The notes: generated by a model not told the origin, from the letters alone. Shown: positions 1-15,974, counted from the first letter of the stretch. The stretch: 64,000 nucleotides of DNA from an uncultured delta proteobacterium (GCA_963766715.1 CAVYBH010000001.1:1-64000), one strand, 5' to 3'. Numbers and translations are program-made.

Positions 1-145
1 AGGCCCTGAAGGCCCGCCTGGAGAAATTTTCGGGAAGGAGATCCAGGGAGGGAGGAAGGACGGGCAGGAGCCGCTGACGACCATCGCCGCCGCCTGGTAC
101 GAGATCCTCGTCAACCCCCAGTTCCGGGCGCTCGACGACCGCTAG
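1..145 (+). CDS. 3' end of an unidentified gene (partial)
   Basis: Frame reads ...AAWYEILVNPQFRALDDR* ending at TAG 143-145, overlapping the stop of the convergent gene (CTAG). Confidence 0.35.
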   Translation, partial: GPEGPPGEIFGKEIQGGRKDGQEPLTTIAAAWYEILVNPQFRALDDR

Positions 146-474
146 GGCGCCGGCCGGAGCACGTCCAGCACGCGGACGCGCTCGAAGACGAGCCGTCCCT
201 TCCGTTCCACGCGAAGGGTCACCTGCCCGTTCTGGAGGCGCCCGAGGCGGGCGTCGAGCTCGGGCGTGGTCTCGACGATCTCCCACACCGCTCCGGAGCC
301 GTCGGTGACGGCCCAGAACGAGGTCTCGGCCGGACCCTTGCGGGAGAGGCGGCCGGAGAGCTCGAGCGTCTCCGGGGGTCGAGCCTCCGCGCCCGGCGCG
401 GTGGCCGGGGCGGGCGGCGCCTGGGCGCAGGCGAGGAGCGCCGTGGCCGCGAGCGCGAGGGTTGCCCGGATCAC
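142..474 (-). CDS. Small hypothetical lipoprotein (~110 aa)
   Basis: GTG start overlaps upstream TGA (GTGA); signal peptide/lipobox MIRATLALAATALLAC; beta-rich mature region. Confidence 0.65.
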   Translation of the reverse strand: MIRATLALAATALLACAQAPPAPATAPGAEARPPETLELSGRLSRKGPAETSFWAVTDGSGAVWEIVETTPELDARLGRLQNGQVTLRVERKGRLVFERVRVLDVLRPAP

Positions 475-2367
475 GGGAGCGCGCGCTGCAGGACGAGGTG
501 GATTGAGCTGCCCGCGGGGACGACGACCCCGGTGCGGGAATACACGGAGTGGCCGGCCGCGATCGGTCGAGCTGGTAGGTGTGGCTTCCGGCCAGGAAGG
601 AGTCGACGAGCGGGGTGGCGTCCTGCTTCCGGCTCGCGGCGTACGGCGTGACGTCAATCGCATCGAGCACGTAGGCTCCGGAGACCTTCCGTGGATATCC
701 GTATCCACCGGGCGTTCCGTCGACCGGGAGGAGGCCGAAGACGGAGGCCCCCATGCGCGCGAACTCGTCGGCGAAGCCGGTGCCGCCGCCGGCCACGATG
801 AGCCCGTCGAGGCAGTCGATCCCGGCGCCCGCACAGCCGATGGTTCCGGAGAGGATCGACGTTCCGTAACGTCGGTCGAGGAACGCGGCGAGCGAGCCGC
901 CGGCCCAGTAGCCCTCCGGGTTCTTCCACGCGAGGAGGCTGACGGCGGCGCCCGAGGCCAGGTAGGGCCGGATCCGCTAATCGGGGATCTTGGCGTAGTG
1001 GTCCGGCGTCGAGACGGGCGTGGTGATGTCCTCCGTCATCATGGCCGTCGTCTCCTCGAGCCAGGTGTCGTTCGAGACGTCGCGGAGGAGGGCTCGCTGG
1101 TAGAAGTTCACCATGTGTGTAAGCTCGTGGAGGAGCGACGAGCCCAGGTAGCCGCGGCTCGAGGCCGAGACGTGCAGCTGGGCGGCGTCGATGAAGAACA
1201 CGAGCGCCTCGTCGAGGATGCGACGCTCGCGTCGTACGAGCGGAGGCAGTCGTTCCCTCCCCAGAAGTACCCGGCCCAGACCTTCGAGGCGAGGGGACCC
1301 TGCACCTCCAGGAAGACCACGTTGACGTCCTGGGGGGTGGCGCCATGGGAGATCACGGCGCTCGCCAGGCTGGGGGGGATGGGCCCCCAGACGTCCCCCA
1401 GCAAGGACTTCACGCGGCCGAAGCCGCCCAGCTCCTCGGCTCCCGCGGCGCCGCAGAAAGTCGTCCGGAAGTACGCGAGGTCCTCGGCGGTGAAGCTCCC
1501 CGAGGTGGTGGACCGCGGGTCGACCCGAATCACGGCCCGGCGACCGCCGGGCAGGGTACAATCTCCCGGGCGACCGTGTCGTAGGTGACGATCGGGTTGC
1601 TGGCGTTCTCGTTCCAGACCCTGTGGTCACCGACGACCGGTACGACCGGAGCCAACAGCGCGACCGGCGCGCGATGTGCGAGCGTCCCGGGAATCCTCGC
1701 GGACCGGAGCGCCAGCCCCAACTCCCGGTTGGCCTCGAGGAGGGACCGGTGCCAGGCTTCATCGAACTCGCCGGCCGGCCCGGAATCGAAGGGCTCCTCC
1801 ATGCGAAGCGTGGTCGCTCGCGGAGAGAGCAGGGCCCCCGCCGAGGGCAGCACCGTCATCCCGTTCGCCGTCCCGTTCGAGAACAGCAGCAGCGCCTGCA
1901 TGCCGGCGGAGACGCCGCCGACGTGGAGGTCGACGGTCTGGGTCGCGCCGGAGGCGTTGCGGTAACGCCGAATCCCGACGCCGGTGCCGGAATAGAGGTA
2001 CGGGTTCGACGCCCCGCAGGAGGCGCCGGAGCAGGCCACCTCGAGGACCGTGGGCGGAGCCGTGACCGTCACGGTGACGGTGCGCGAGGCGCTGCCACCC
2101 GGGCCCGTGGCGGTGAGGGCGTAGGTGGTGCTGACGCCGGGAATCACCACGGTGCCGTCCCCCGTGACCGCGCCGATTCCCTGGTCGAGGGCGAGCGAGG
2201 TTGCGTGGGCGACGGTCCACGACAGCGTGGAGGATGCACCGAGCTGACGCTCGCCGGGCCGGCCGAGAAGGACGAGATGACCGGGACCGGTTCGCCCGAA
2301 ATCCCCCTCCGCAGGCGGTGGTGAAGAGCGCGGCAAGGGCAGCGGCGAGGATCCAGCGGTCGAGCAC
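471..2367 (-). CDS. Lipoprotein zinc metallopeptidase, M30-like, with Ig/PKD-like domain (frameshifted)
   Basis: Lipobox ..ALFTTAC; Ig-like TLSWTV...TTYALTATGPGGSASRTVTVTV; LLHELTHMVNF...WLEETTAMMTED (HEXXH plus downstream Glu); spread over several frames. Confidence 0.7.
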
Positions 2368-2643
2368 GAGGTGCTCCTTTCCAGGGGCCCGCGAAACGGT
2401 CGGTCATCGCGGGCCTCCGGGAGATCCGACCCGTTGTCAGCTAATCTCCCCCAATTCACCAGGGGATCCGGCCGTCCGCGGCGCCCGGGACGGGGTGACT
2501 GAAACCCAGGGTGACGGCGAGGACGTCGAGTGGGTACCCGGGTCGGGCCACCACGTCAGGCTGCCCCGCATGAGCCCTCAGGTGGCCGGACACGCGGGCG
2601 CTATCCTGGCAGGCGGAGTCGGCCGTCCGGTACGGGGGGATCG

Positions 2644-3856
2644 ATGACCGGTTCAGCTCCGGCACTCACCCCGTCGCGGGCGTTGCCAGGCCAGGCTTCG
2701 AGGCGGTGCGGAAAGCGTTCGTCGAGAACTTCCAGCACCGCCACGAGCTGGGGCGGCCTGCTGCGTCTACCATCGCGGGGAGAAGGTGGTCGACCTCTGG
2801 GGCGGCGTCCGGGATCCGGCCACCGGCGAGCCGTGGGACGCGGACACGATGGCGCTCGTCCATTCCACGACCAAGGGCATGGCAGGGATGACCCTGGCGC
2901 TCGCCCACTCGCGGGGGCTCCTCGACTACGACGAGCGCGTGAGCCGCTACTGGCCGGAGTTCGCCCAGCAGGGCAAGGAGCGGATCACCGTCGGCCAGCT
3001 GCTGTCCCACCAGGCCGGACTGTTCGAGCTGGACGAGCGGCCGGGGAGGAGTCTCGTCGCCGATCCCGACCGGCTGGACCAGGTCCTCGCCCGCCAGAAG
3101 CCGAGATGGCCGCCTGGGACGAGGCAGGCCTATCACGCGATCACGCTCGGCTTCTACCAGCGCGGGATCCTGCGACTGGTCGATCCCAGGCATCGGACCC
3201 TGGGCCGGTTCTTCCAGGACGAGATCGCGACGCCGCTCGGGCTCGACTTCTACATCCGGCTGCCGGAGGGGATCCCGGACTCCCGGCTGGCGGCGCTCCA
3301 CCCGCCCAGGCACATGGCGGTCCTCTTCCTCACGATGCCGCTCCGGCTGGTGCTCGCGGCCATGAACCCGCGGTCTCGCTTCCGTCGGGCACTCCTGGGA
3401 TCGGAGCTGCCGGAGCAGAGCGACCGCGTATACGCCCGGAACCAGGAGGTGCCGTCCGGGGGAGGCGTGGGAACGGCACGCGCGCTCGCCAGGGCGTACG
3501 GCGAGTTCGCATCCGGAGGGAAGGAACTCGGGCTGAGCGAGGAAACCCTCCGCCAGCTCATGGCGCCCGCAATCGCACCGGTGCGCGGGTTCCGCGACGC
3601 GTGCATGAAGGTGGAGCTCCGCCTCTCGCTCGGCTTCGAGAAGCCTGGGCCGAAGCACCCCTTCGCCCATGCGAGCGGGTTCGGACACCCGGGAACCGGC
3701 GGATTGTTCGGCTTCGCGGATCCTCACGCGCAGATTGGATTCGGCTACGTCCCCAGCCAGATGGGTACCCACCTCGACGACCCGAGGCAGGTGGCGCTTC
3801 GCCGGGCGACGTACCGCTCCATCGGGGTGAGCGATCCGGACCATCAGGGCTCGTGA
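2644..3856 (+). CDS. Serine hydrolase, beta-lactamase/EstA family (N-terminal frameshift)
   Basis: SxxK (HSTTKG), LLSHQAGL, YHA, FGHPGTGG motifs in ORF 2786..3856. Confidence 0.85.
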
Positions 3857-4313
3857 GCGCCGCCTCAGTGCGTCGCGAAGGCCTTGTCGGCGGTCTCCAG
3901 CAGCTCCTTCATCTTGCCGCCGTCGACGTCGGCCTCGAGCAACCTGGAGAAGCCGTCCTTCAGGGGCGACGAGAAGCATGGCGATGGCGCAGAGATGCGC
4001 TGGCCGAAGGACCCTGGTCATGTCGCCTGGACGGTGGTCCTCCTGCTTGCGTGCATGGCGGATCCTCGGACGTACTTCGCTGACCAGCAGCATCTCGACT
4101 GGAGTTGCACCGCCTTCGCGACAAGGCAGATCACGAGCCACGGGCTCCTCCGCATCCCCCTGGCTGGAGACGCCATCCGGCTCCCGGCGACGGCGTCTGA
4201 GGGCGGGGTGACCCAGGCCCTAAGAGGGCATGCCCGGACGAAGGCTGGACAGAGCGACTCAACGGTCGTGACATCCCATGTGGGTGGCCACATTGGGCCC
4301 CCCGGGACCGCAA

Positions 4314-6525
4314 ATGCTCGTCGCGCAACTCGACTACATCTACTTCTTCTTCGGGCTCGTCCTCTTCCTCCTCGGGTCGGTCTGCGTGTCGATGTCGCGG
4401 TCGGCACCGGTCCGGACTCCGTGGTGGTTGCTCGGGACCTTCGCGTTCGTTCACGGCGCGGGGGAGTGGCTTCAGCTTCTCGCGCTGACCGGCGGTGACT
4501 CCGACACATTCCGTCTTTTCCGGACGCTCGTCATCGGCGCGAGCTTCGTCGTCCTGATGGAATTCGCCCGAGGACGACCGGAGCCCTCGGCGGGTCGACG
4601 CCGGGTTCCTGGGTCTACCTCCCGGCGGTCGCACCCGTCATGGGCATCGCATGGACCGCGGGTCCCGAAAGCCTGGATTCCGCCGTACGCCTGTTCATCG
4701 GGGCGCCAGCCAGCTTCTGGACGGCATCGCTCTTCTTCGTCGCGGCATCGCGCACGGTAGACCTCGGAGGAGGAGAGGCATCGTGGCGCGCGCGCATCTT
4801 TGGCGGCATGTTCTTCGTCGCGTTCGGCGTGGCGGCCGGTCTCGTCGTTCCGCCCGCTCCCTACCTCACGGAACGCTGGCCGAACTCCGACGCCTTTCTC
4901 GCGTGGACGGGGATCCCCTTGCAGCTCGTCCGGGCCCTTCTGGTGGGCGGGATGGCGCTCTCGGTCTGGGCCCTGGCCGTGTCCTTCGATCCGAAAGGGC
5001 GCGTCCTCCGGAAGAAGCGAGTCCTGTTCTGGGCAATGGCCTCCGCCATCGTTGCGCTCCTCGCGGCGGGATGGATCTTCACGGACAGGCTGGGGCGCCT
5101 CCACGAGCAGGACGTGATCCACGACGCCGAATCGGCGGCGTCACAGACCTACGACCACCTGGTCATGGAGATGCAGGGGGCCGAGCGAGAAGCGCGAACC
5201 CTCGCGGAGTTGCTCAGCCGGTATCACGTCTCACCAGCGGGACTCGACGTCTCCCGGCTCGACGGCGTGGTGGATTCGCTCGCGCTCGATTCGGCCGAAC
5301 GTGTCGTGTACGTGCTCGACGCCACGGGAAGGACCGTCGCGACGTCCAACCGGGGGAAGCCGGATAGCTTCCTGGGAAAGAGCTTCGGGAGGCGCCCGTA
5401 CTTCGAGGCGGCCCGAGACGGCCGTCCCGGCCGCTTCACAGGGGTCGGGCTGGTGAGCCACGTACCGGGGTACTACGCGAGCGAGCCGGTGCGGGATGGA
5501 CGGGGCGCTTGCTCGCCGTCGCGGTGGTGAAGCAGAACCTCGCCCCGGAGCAGTTCGGTCCCCTGGGCGCCGCCGACTTCGTCATCGTGACGCCAGATGG
5601 CCGGGTCATGGGCGCCAGCCGGCCGGGTACGACGGGGCGGCGTCTGTGGCCCTCCCCGGCGCGTACCTCGAGAGCCACGGCCGGCGGACCGGGCGAGCCG
5701 CCACCCGTCCTGGATCGCGAGGTCGCCGGAACGGAGTGGATTTCGTTGGATGGCCAGAAGCACGTGGCCATCCGCCGCTCGATCCCGAACTCCGACTGGT
5801 CGCTCATCTCCTTCAAGAAGGAGCAGACCCAGGTCGCGAATCGCCTCCTCGGGATCGTCATCACGCTCCTTCTCTGCGCCGTCGTGCTGACCTACTTCGT
5901 GGCGATGCAGCGACAGTTGAGCACGGAGTCTTACATCACGGTCAAGCGGCACGAGGCGGAGGGACGTGCACGGGAGATGGCCAGGCGCGCCGACACAGAT
6001 GCCCTGACAGGGCTGCTGAATCGAATGGGGTTCAACGACGCGATGTCGCGGGAACTCGGTCGGGCGCGACGATACGGCCAGGCGCTGTCCGTCGCCATCG
6101 TCGACATCGACCACTTCAAGAAGGTGAACGACGAGTTCGGCCACCCGTGGGCGACCAGGTGCTCGCCCGCACCGCGAACTCCTCTCCTCCTGCGTGAGGG
6201 ATCGGACACCGTGGCGCGCTGGGGGGGCGAGGAGTTCGCCCTGATTGCGCCGATGACCACCGAGGAGGGTGCGGCCAGCCTGGCGGAGAAGCTCCGCTCG
6301 ATCATGGCGTCCACCCACCTCGGGCCGAGGGAGCCGATCACGGCGAGCTTCGGCGTCGCCGAGTTGAGGCCGGACGACACCGCCGAGACCCTGCTGCAGC
6401 GCGCCGACGAGGCCCTGTACCGGGCGAAGCAGTCAGGCCGGAACCGGGTGTGTCGACCTGCAGCGGTGCAAGGGTCTCCCGCTCCGGCCCCGGCGGTCCC
6501 CGAGGGCGAGAAGCCCGCCTCGTGA
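4314..6525 (+). CDS. Membrane-bound diguanylate cyclase (multi-TM sensor + Cache-like domain + GGEEF), frameshifted
   Basis: Hydrophobic N-terminus; RPYFEAA Cache-like segment; DALTGLLNR, DIDHFKKVNDEFGH, RWGGEEF, ADEALYRAKQSGRNRV. Confidence 0.85.
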
Positions 6526-6687
6526 AGGACGTACGCGAACACCGGCTTCGGGCCCATCGACGACGAGCACGCGGCTCTCGATCACGCGCTCGTCGCCTTC
6601 GTCCAGACCGTGAGCTCCGGGAAGGTCGCCGAGGTTCGTGTCGCCCTGGAGGAGCTGATCCTCGGAATCGAAAGCCACTTCGCGTGA
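6526..6687 (+). pseudogene. Truncated hemerythrin-domain remnant, in frame after the DGC stop
   Basis: RTYANTGFGPIDDEHAAL...GIESHFA*; matches hemerythrin TG..ID..H and HF motifs but stops before the EE ligands. Confidence 0.6.
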
Positions 6688-6754
6688 CCACGCCGGCGAG
6701 TCGAAACGAATCTCCTTTGGCAGGAGTCCGAAGCGCTGCGTCCAGAAAGCGAAA

Positions 6755-6781
6755 GCTCCACGGGTTGACGACCCGTGGAGC
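6755..6781 (-). terminator. Intrinsic terminator downstream of the tRNA operon
   Basis: GCTCCACGGGT-tgacg-ACCCGTGGAGC hairpin followed on the minus strand by TTTCGCTTTCT. Confidence 0.75.
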
Positions 6782-6789
6782 CTCGTGTC

Positions 6790-6866
6790 TGGCGCGCCCT
6801 AGAGGATTTGAACCTCTGGCCTTCGGATTCGTAGTCCGACGCTCTATCCAACTGAGCTAAGGGCGC
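6790..6866 (-). tRNA. tRNA-Arg(ACG)
   Basis: GCGCCCTTAGCTCAGTTGGATAGAGCG..CT-ACG-AA..GGTTCAAATCC..GCGCCA; cloverleaf with encoded CCA. Confidence 0.97.
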
Positions 6867-6887
6867 CAACCCTTGCTTGCTGCGTAC

Positions 6888-6979
6888 TGGCGGAAAGGGA
6901 GGGATTCGAACCCTCGAATCAGGTTACCCCGATTACTGGTTTAGCAAACCAGCGCCTTCGGCCTCTCGGCCACCTTTCC
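6888..6979 (-). tRNA. tRNA-Ser(GCT)
   Basis: GGAAAGGTGGCCGAG..CTGGT-TTGCTAA-ACCAG, long variable arm, GGTTCGAATCC, CCA. Confidence 0.96.
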
Positions 6980-7007
6980 AGAACCTTCCGGAACCCGTCT
7001 CGCGCAC

Positions 7008-7097
7008 TGGCGGAGGAGGAAGGATTCGAACCTTCGGAGGGGTTGCCCCCTCAGCGGTTTTCAAGACCGCCGCCTTAGGCCGCTCGGCCACTCCTCC
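7008..7097 (-). tRNA. tRNA-Ser(TGA)
   Basis: GGAGGAGTGGCCGAGCGG..GCGGT-CTTGAAA-ACCGC, long variable arm, GGTTCGAATCC, CCA. Confidence 0.96.
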
Positions 7098-7346
7098 CGA
7101 GCCTCGTCCGCACGACACCCCTCGGCCAAACCGGCCTCGGGACCGCCCTTGTAAGGCACGTTGCCCTTCAGGATCAAGCGTTTCCGCCGCCGGGACCCTT
7201 CCCGCACCGGTCCGGCCGCTCGTGCGCCGCGCGCACCCCGGATCGATTGGACTTTTCTCACGGCGAAGCCGGGCTCCCGCCCCCCCGGTGGCACCCGAAC
7301 GGCGGGCTGCGTCACCGCACCCCTGGTGTTAGGGTCGAGCCCTTCC

Positions 7347-8674
7347 ATGCACGGACTCACGACACGGGCCGCGGTCGCGGCGGCCCTCCTGCTCGCATCC
7401 CCCCTCGCTGCCTCGTCGCCGTCCGAGCCCCCGTCCACCCCCCCGCGGGTCGATCTGCGCGTCAGGGCCCGGGCCATCCCGTCCGAGCTCGGCGGCTCGG
7501 TCACCTTCGACGAGGCCCTCGGGCTCGCCGCCCGGGCCCCCGCCGTCGCGGGCGCCGAGGAGGCCGTGGCCGAGCAGCGCCGGATCGGCGAGTCGGTCTC
7601 GTCCGTCATCGCGAACCCGACCCTGAACGTGCAGCCCGGGGCCGCCAAGGATCCCCTCGACGGTCAGTGGAAGTACATGGGCGAGACCACGCTCATGCAG
7701 GGCTGGAACCTCTCCGGGCTCCCGGGCGACCGCAAGGCCGCCATCCAGGCCGAGGGCGATCAGCTGCTCGCCGAGGCCCGGGCCGCCGCGCTCTCGCATC
7801 GCCTGGGCGCCGCCCAGGCCTGGATGGAGCTCTGGGCCGCCCAGCAGTCGCTCGCCGACTCGCTCCAGGAGGCCGACCTGGCCCGGGAGTTCTCGGACAA
7901 GATGGCCCGGGCCGCCGCCGCCGCCGCCTTCACCCGCGCCGAGGCCGCCGACGCCGCCACCTACGCGGCGGAGGCCCACGTCCAGTCGCTCGCCGCCGAG
8001 GGAGAGGTGGTCGACCGCGGCTACCAGCTCGCCGTGGCCATGGGCTACGAGACCGAGAAGGCCCTCTCCGCCGCCGGTCCGCTGCCGGCGCCCGCCGTCC
8101 CCGGCGCGCTCCGACTGGCCGGCCATCCTCGAGGCGGCCGGCAAGCTCCCCTCCGTCGCCGCCCACAAGCTCGCCAGCGACGCGAGCCGGGCCCGGGACG
8201 TGGAGGCCCGCTCGTCGCGCGGCTGGGGGCTCGGCACCGGCGTGAAGGGCACCCGCGACTACCTCGGGACCTGGGGCGCGCAGGCCGTGGTCGAGCTCTC
8301 CTTCCCGATCTTCGACCGCGGCGAGCGCGAGGCGGCCCCGCAGGCCGCCGCGGCCGCCCGGACGGCGGGCGAGTTCCGGGAGGCGCGCGCCGTGGCCGCC
8401 ACCGAGCTGGCGCGCTCGCTCCACGAGGTGGAGCACACCGGCGAGGTCCTCGAGGCCGTCGAGAAGGAGCTGGTGCCGGCCGCCGAGGCGAACGCCGAGC
8501 GCCCGCCAGGCGTCCATGCAGGCCGGGGAGACCACCGTGCTCGAGGTGCTCGTGGCCCGCCGCGTCTGGGCGGCGGCGCGCGCCAAGCGCACCCGCGCGC
8601 TGGCCAGCCACGCCTGGGCCCGGGTGAAGGTTTCCATGCTGCTCGCCGACATGACGCCGGGAGGCGCGAAGTGA
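7347..8674 (+). CDS. TolC/CzcC-family outer membrane factor (frameshifted)
   Basis: Signal peptide, Ala-rich helical body, ELSFPIFDRG motif; first gene of the RND triplet. Confidence 0.75.
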
Positions 8675-9762
8675 CGATCCACCGGAACCGCACCCTGGCC
8701 GTCGTCTCGCTGCTCGCCCTGGCCGCCTGCTCCCGGGGATCGAAGGCGCCCGAGGAGGCCCCGCCCGTCCCCAGCGCCAGGACACCCTGGGTGAAGGCGC
8801 GATCCAGCGACGGCGTGCCCTTCCTCGAGGCGCCGGCCCAGGTGCTGCCCTCGCCCGAGGGGCAGGCCGCGGTGGTCCCCCCGTACCGGGCCCGGATCCT
8901 GAAGGTCCTCGTCCGGCCGGGGCAGCGCGTGACCCGGGGGCAGCCGCTCGTCGAGGTGGTGATGCCGGAGGTCTCCACCGCGGCCGGCGCCTACGCGGCC
9001 GCGACCACGCGCGTCGACGCCTACGGCCGGCGAAAGGCCCAGCTCGAGGCGCTCAAGGCCGACGGGCTCGTCCGCCTCACCGACGTGCTCGAGGCCGAGA
9101 CCAAGTACGCCGAGGCGACTGGCCGATCAGCAGTCGGCCGCCGCCGCGCTCCGCACCGCGCAGATCGAGCCCTCGGAGGCGGCCGCCATCGTCTCCGGCA
9201 AGCGGCCGGTGGTGCTGCGCAGCCCCATCCCGGGCGTGGTCACCGCGGTGGGCGCCGGGGTGGGGGACAGCCGCGAGCCCTCCGGGGAGCCGGTGGTCCG
9301 CGTGTCGGGGGAGGGCGACTCCCGCGTCGAGGCCCGGTTCGCCCGCCCCGTCGACACCGCCAGCGCGTCCTACGAGCTCGTGGTCTCCGGCGGCGCCCGC
9401 CATCGCCTCAAGTTCGTGGCCCGCGCGCCCATGCTCGACCCGCGCGACGGCACCATCGCCGTGTGGCTCGTGCCCGAGGCGGGCACGAAGCTGCCGCCCG
9501 GCCTCACCGGCCGGGTCGTGGTGACGCTCCCCGGCGCCGCCGGCGCGTCGGTGGTCCCGGCCCGCGCCGTGGCGCTCGCCGACGGCAAGCCCTACGTGGT
9601 CGTGCGCCGGGACGGAAAGCCGGAGAAGGTCCAGGTCGACGTGTTCGCCTCGTCCGGCGCCGAGGCGCTGGTCACGGGCGTGTCGGTCGGCGAGGAGGTC
9701 GCCGCCGACGCGGCCCTGGCCGAGGAAACGCCCGAGGCGAAGGGCGTGCCGGAGACGAAGCC

Positions 9763-9766
<4 letters not shown>
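8671..9766 (+). CDS. RND periplasmic adaptor (CzcB-like), frameshifted
   Basis: Lipobox LAAC; VLVRPGQRVTRGQPL and LRSPIPGVV lipoyl-like halves; GTGA overlap. Confidence 0.8.
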
Positions 9767-12891
<3,125 letters not shown>

Positions 12892-12917
12892 CGGCCTGCG
12901 GCGCGGCGCCGCGGCGG

Positions 12918-14226
<1,309 letters not shown>

Positions 14227-14296
14227 GGAAAGGGCATGTAGCCTTTAACTTCCGGGCGGGCAAGGGGTAGGGACCCGGATGGCGGAAGGGAGCACC

Positions 14297-14920
14297 ATGG
14301 CGGAGGGGAGTGCGCGAGGCGGCCCTCGGCTCCGAGTCCTGGCCGGAGGCCGGGCCGCGGAGAGCGACGGGGGCCTGCTCGGCGACTTCCTCGACGGCGA
14401 CGAGCCGGCCTTCGAGGAGCTGTGGCGCCGCCACCACGCCACCGTCCACGCCGTGGTCCGCCGCTACGCCCGGAGCCCGGAGGACGCCCTCGACCTCACC
14501 CAGCGGGCCTTCCTCCGGGCCATCGGGGCGGCGCGCCGGGCCGTCCGGCGCGTCGAGGGAGAGTTCCCGTTCCGCCCGTGGCTGCTCCGCATCGCCGTGA
14601 ACCTGGGCAAGAACCACCTGCGCGACGAGGGGCGGTGGCGCCGCGCGCCGGTCCAGGAGCTCGACGGGGCGCCCGACGGCGCGGTTCCGGCCGACGAGCT
14701 GCTCCTCCGCCGGGAGCGGGAGCGCCGGGTCCGGGAGGCCGTGCTCCGCCTGCCGCGCCGGCAGCGCGAGGTGCTGACGCTGCGGGTCGACGCCGGCCTC
14801 TCCTTCGCCGAGGTGGCCCGCACCCTGGGGATCACCGAGGGAAACGCCCGGGTCCACTTCCACCACGCCGCCCGGAGGCTGGCCGCGATCGTCCACGGCT
14901 CCGGGAAGGACTCCACATGA
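14297..14920 (+). CDS. ECF sigma-70 factor
   Basis: Region 2 DALDLTQRAFL..FRPWLLRIAVN; region 4 LPRRQREVLTLR..LSFAEVARTLGITEGNARVH. Confidence 0.9.
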   Translation: MAEGSARGGPRLRVLAGGRAAESDGGLLGDFLDGDEPAFEELWRRHHATVHAVVRRYARSPEDALDLTQRAFLRAIGAARRAVRRVEGEFPFRPWLLRIAVNLGKNHLRDEGRWRRAPVQELDGAPDGAVPADELLLRRERERRVREAVLRLPRRQREVLTLRVDAGLSFAEVARTLGITEGNARVHFHHAARRLAAIVHGSGKDST

Positions 14921-15411
14921 CCCCCGGCTGCCCCGAGTTCGAGCCCCTGCTCCTCGACCGCGCCGCGGGCTCCCTCGACGAGGACGGCGAGGAGCGCCTC
15001 CAGGCGCACCTGGCGGGATGCCTGCCCTGCCGGACCGAGGCCGCCGCCGTCGACCGGGCGCTCTCGCTCGCGGCGCTCGCTCCTCCCTCTCCCGAGGAGG
15101 CGGCTCTGGTCGCCGCCGGGGCGCCAGGGACCGCCGCCCGCTGGCGCGCCGGACGCCGGGAACGGCGCTTCGCCGGCCGCCTCGCCCTCGCCGTGGCGGC
15201 GTCGGCCGCCTTCGCCGTCGCGGTCCCCTGGTTCCTCTTCACCTGGCACGCTCCCGCCGCGGCTGTGGCCGAGGCCGGGTCCGCCTGGGAGCCGCCCGAC
15301 CTCGACCTGGTCTGGGCGGCGGCCGCCGTCGCCGACCCGGGATCGGCCGACGAGCCCCTCCCCGAGATGCTCTTCGCCGAGCTGCAGGAGATCGACCTTG
15401 ACCCTGAGTGA
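14917..15411 (+). CDS. Zinc-finger (ZAS) anti-sigma factor, single TM
   Basis: HLAGCLPC (HxxxCxxC), one TM helix, ATGA overlap with the sigma gene. Confidence 0.8.
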   Translation: MTPGCPEFEPLLLDRAAGSLDEDGEERLQAHLAGCLPCRTEAAAVDRALSLAALAPPSPEEAALVAAGAPGTAARWRAGRRERRFAGRLALAVAASAAFAVAVPWFLFTWHAPAAAVAEAGSAWEPPDLDLVWAAAAVADPGSADEPLPEMLFAELQEIDLDPE

Positions 15412-15929
15412 GCTGCGCCCCCTTCGCCCCGTCCTCCTCGCCGCCCTTCTCGCCTTGCCGGTCCTGACGGTGGCGGCAGGGAGGCCCACCGGCCTCGCCG
15501 CCGGGCGAAGGATGGGGGCCCCCCGGAGATGGGCGCGACCGGATGGAGCGGCGGATGCGGCTCGCCCGGACGCTGGGGCTCGCCGAGACGCTCGAGCTCG
15601 ACGAGGCCGAGACCGCGAAGCTGAGCGCCGCCATGGCGCCCTTCGACGCCCGGCGGAAGGCCATCCTGGAAGGCGTCCGCGGCGACGTCTTCACCCTGCG
15701 GCAGGCCGCCCGCAAGGGCGATCCGAAGGCGCTGGCCGGCGTCGACGGCGCGGTGCAGCGCCTCTTCGACGCTCGCGCGGCGCTCGTGGCGCTCGACCGG
15801 GAGATGTTCGCGGCCCTGTCGAAGGGGATGTCGCCCGACCGGTCGGCGCGCATGGCCCTCTTCTTCGCCCGGTTCCGGCAGCGCTTCGGGATGGAGGTCC
15901 AGGACGCCCCGGGGGCCGGTTCGCGCTGA
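15398..15929 (+). CDS. Periplasmic helical protein, Spy/CpxP/CnrX-like (frameshifted)
   Basis: Signal-peptide-like start, then LAETLELDEAETAKL...LSKGMSPDRSARM helical hairpin; third gene of the ECF operon. Confidence 0.55.
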
Positions 15930-15974
15930 GGACGGCGTCGACGCGCGCTATAGTGCCCATCCAAAGGGGTGGAG

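Noticed and set aside
2368..2643. Hairpins upstream of the peptidase RBS as a riboswitch
   Set aside because: No riboswitch consensus that I recognise; GC-rich stems are expected by chance, and an Rfam scan would be needed
3865..4021. Short minus-strand fragment ending ..GKMKELLETADKAFATH*
   Set aside because: Looks coding, but too short and broken to assign
7289..7304. sigma54-like TGGCACCCGAACGGCG upstream of the czcC-like gene
   Set aside because: GG-N10-GC spacing fits, but the TT before the -12 GC is missing and no activator is adjacent; too weak in GC-rich DNA
14279..14314. 18-bp imperfect tandem duplication (MAEGST/MAEGSA) at the ECF start
   Set aside because: Only two copies; it affects start-codon choice but has no evident function
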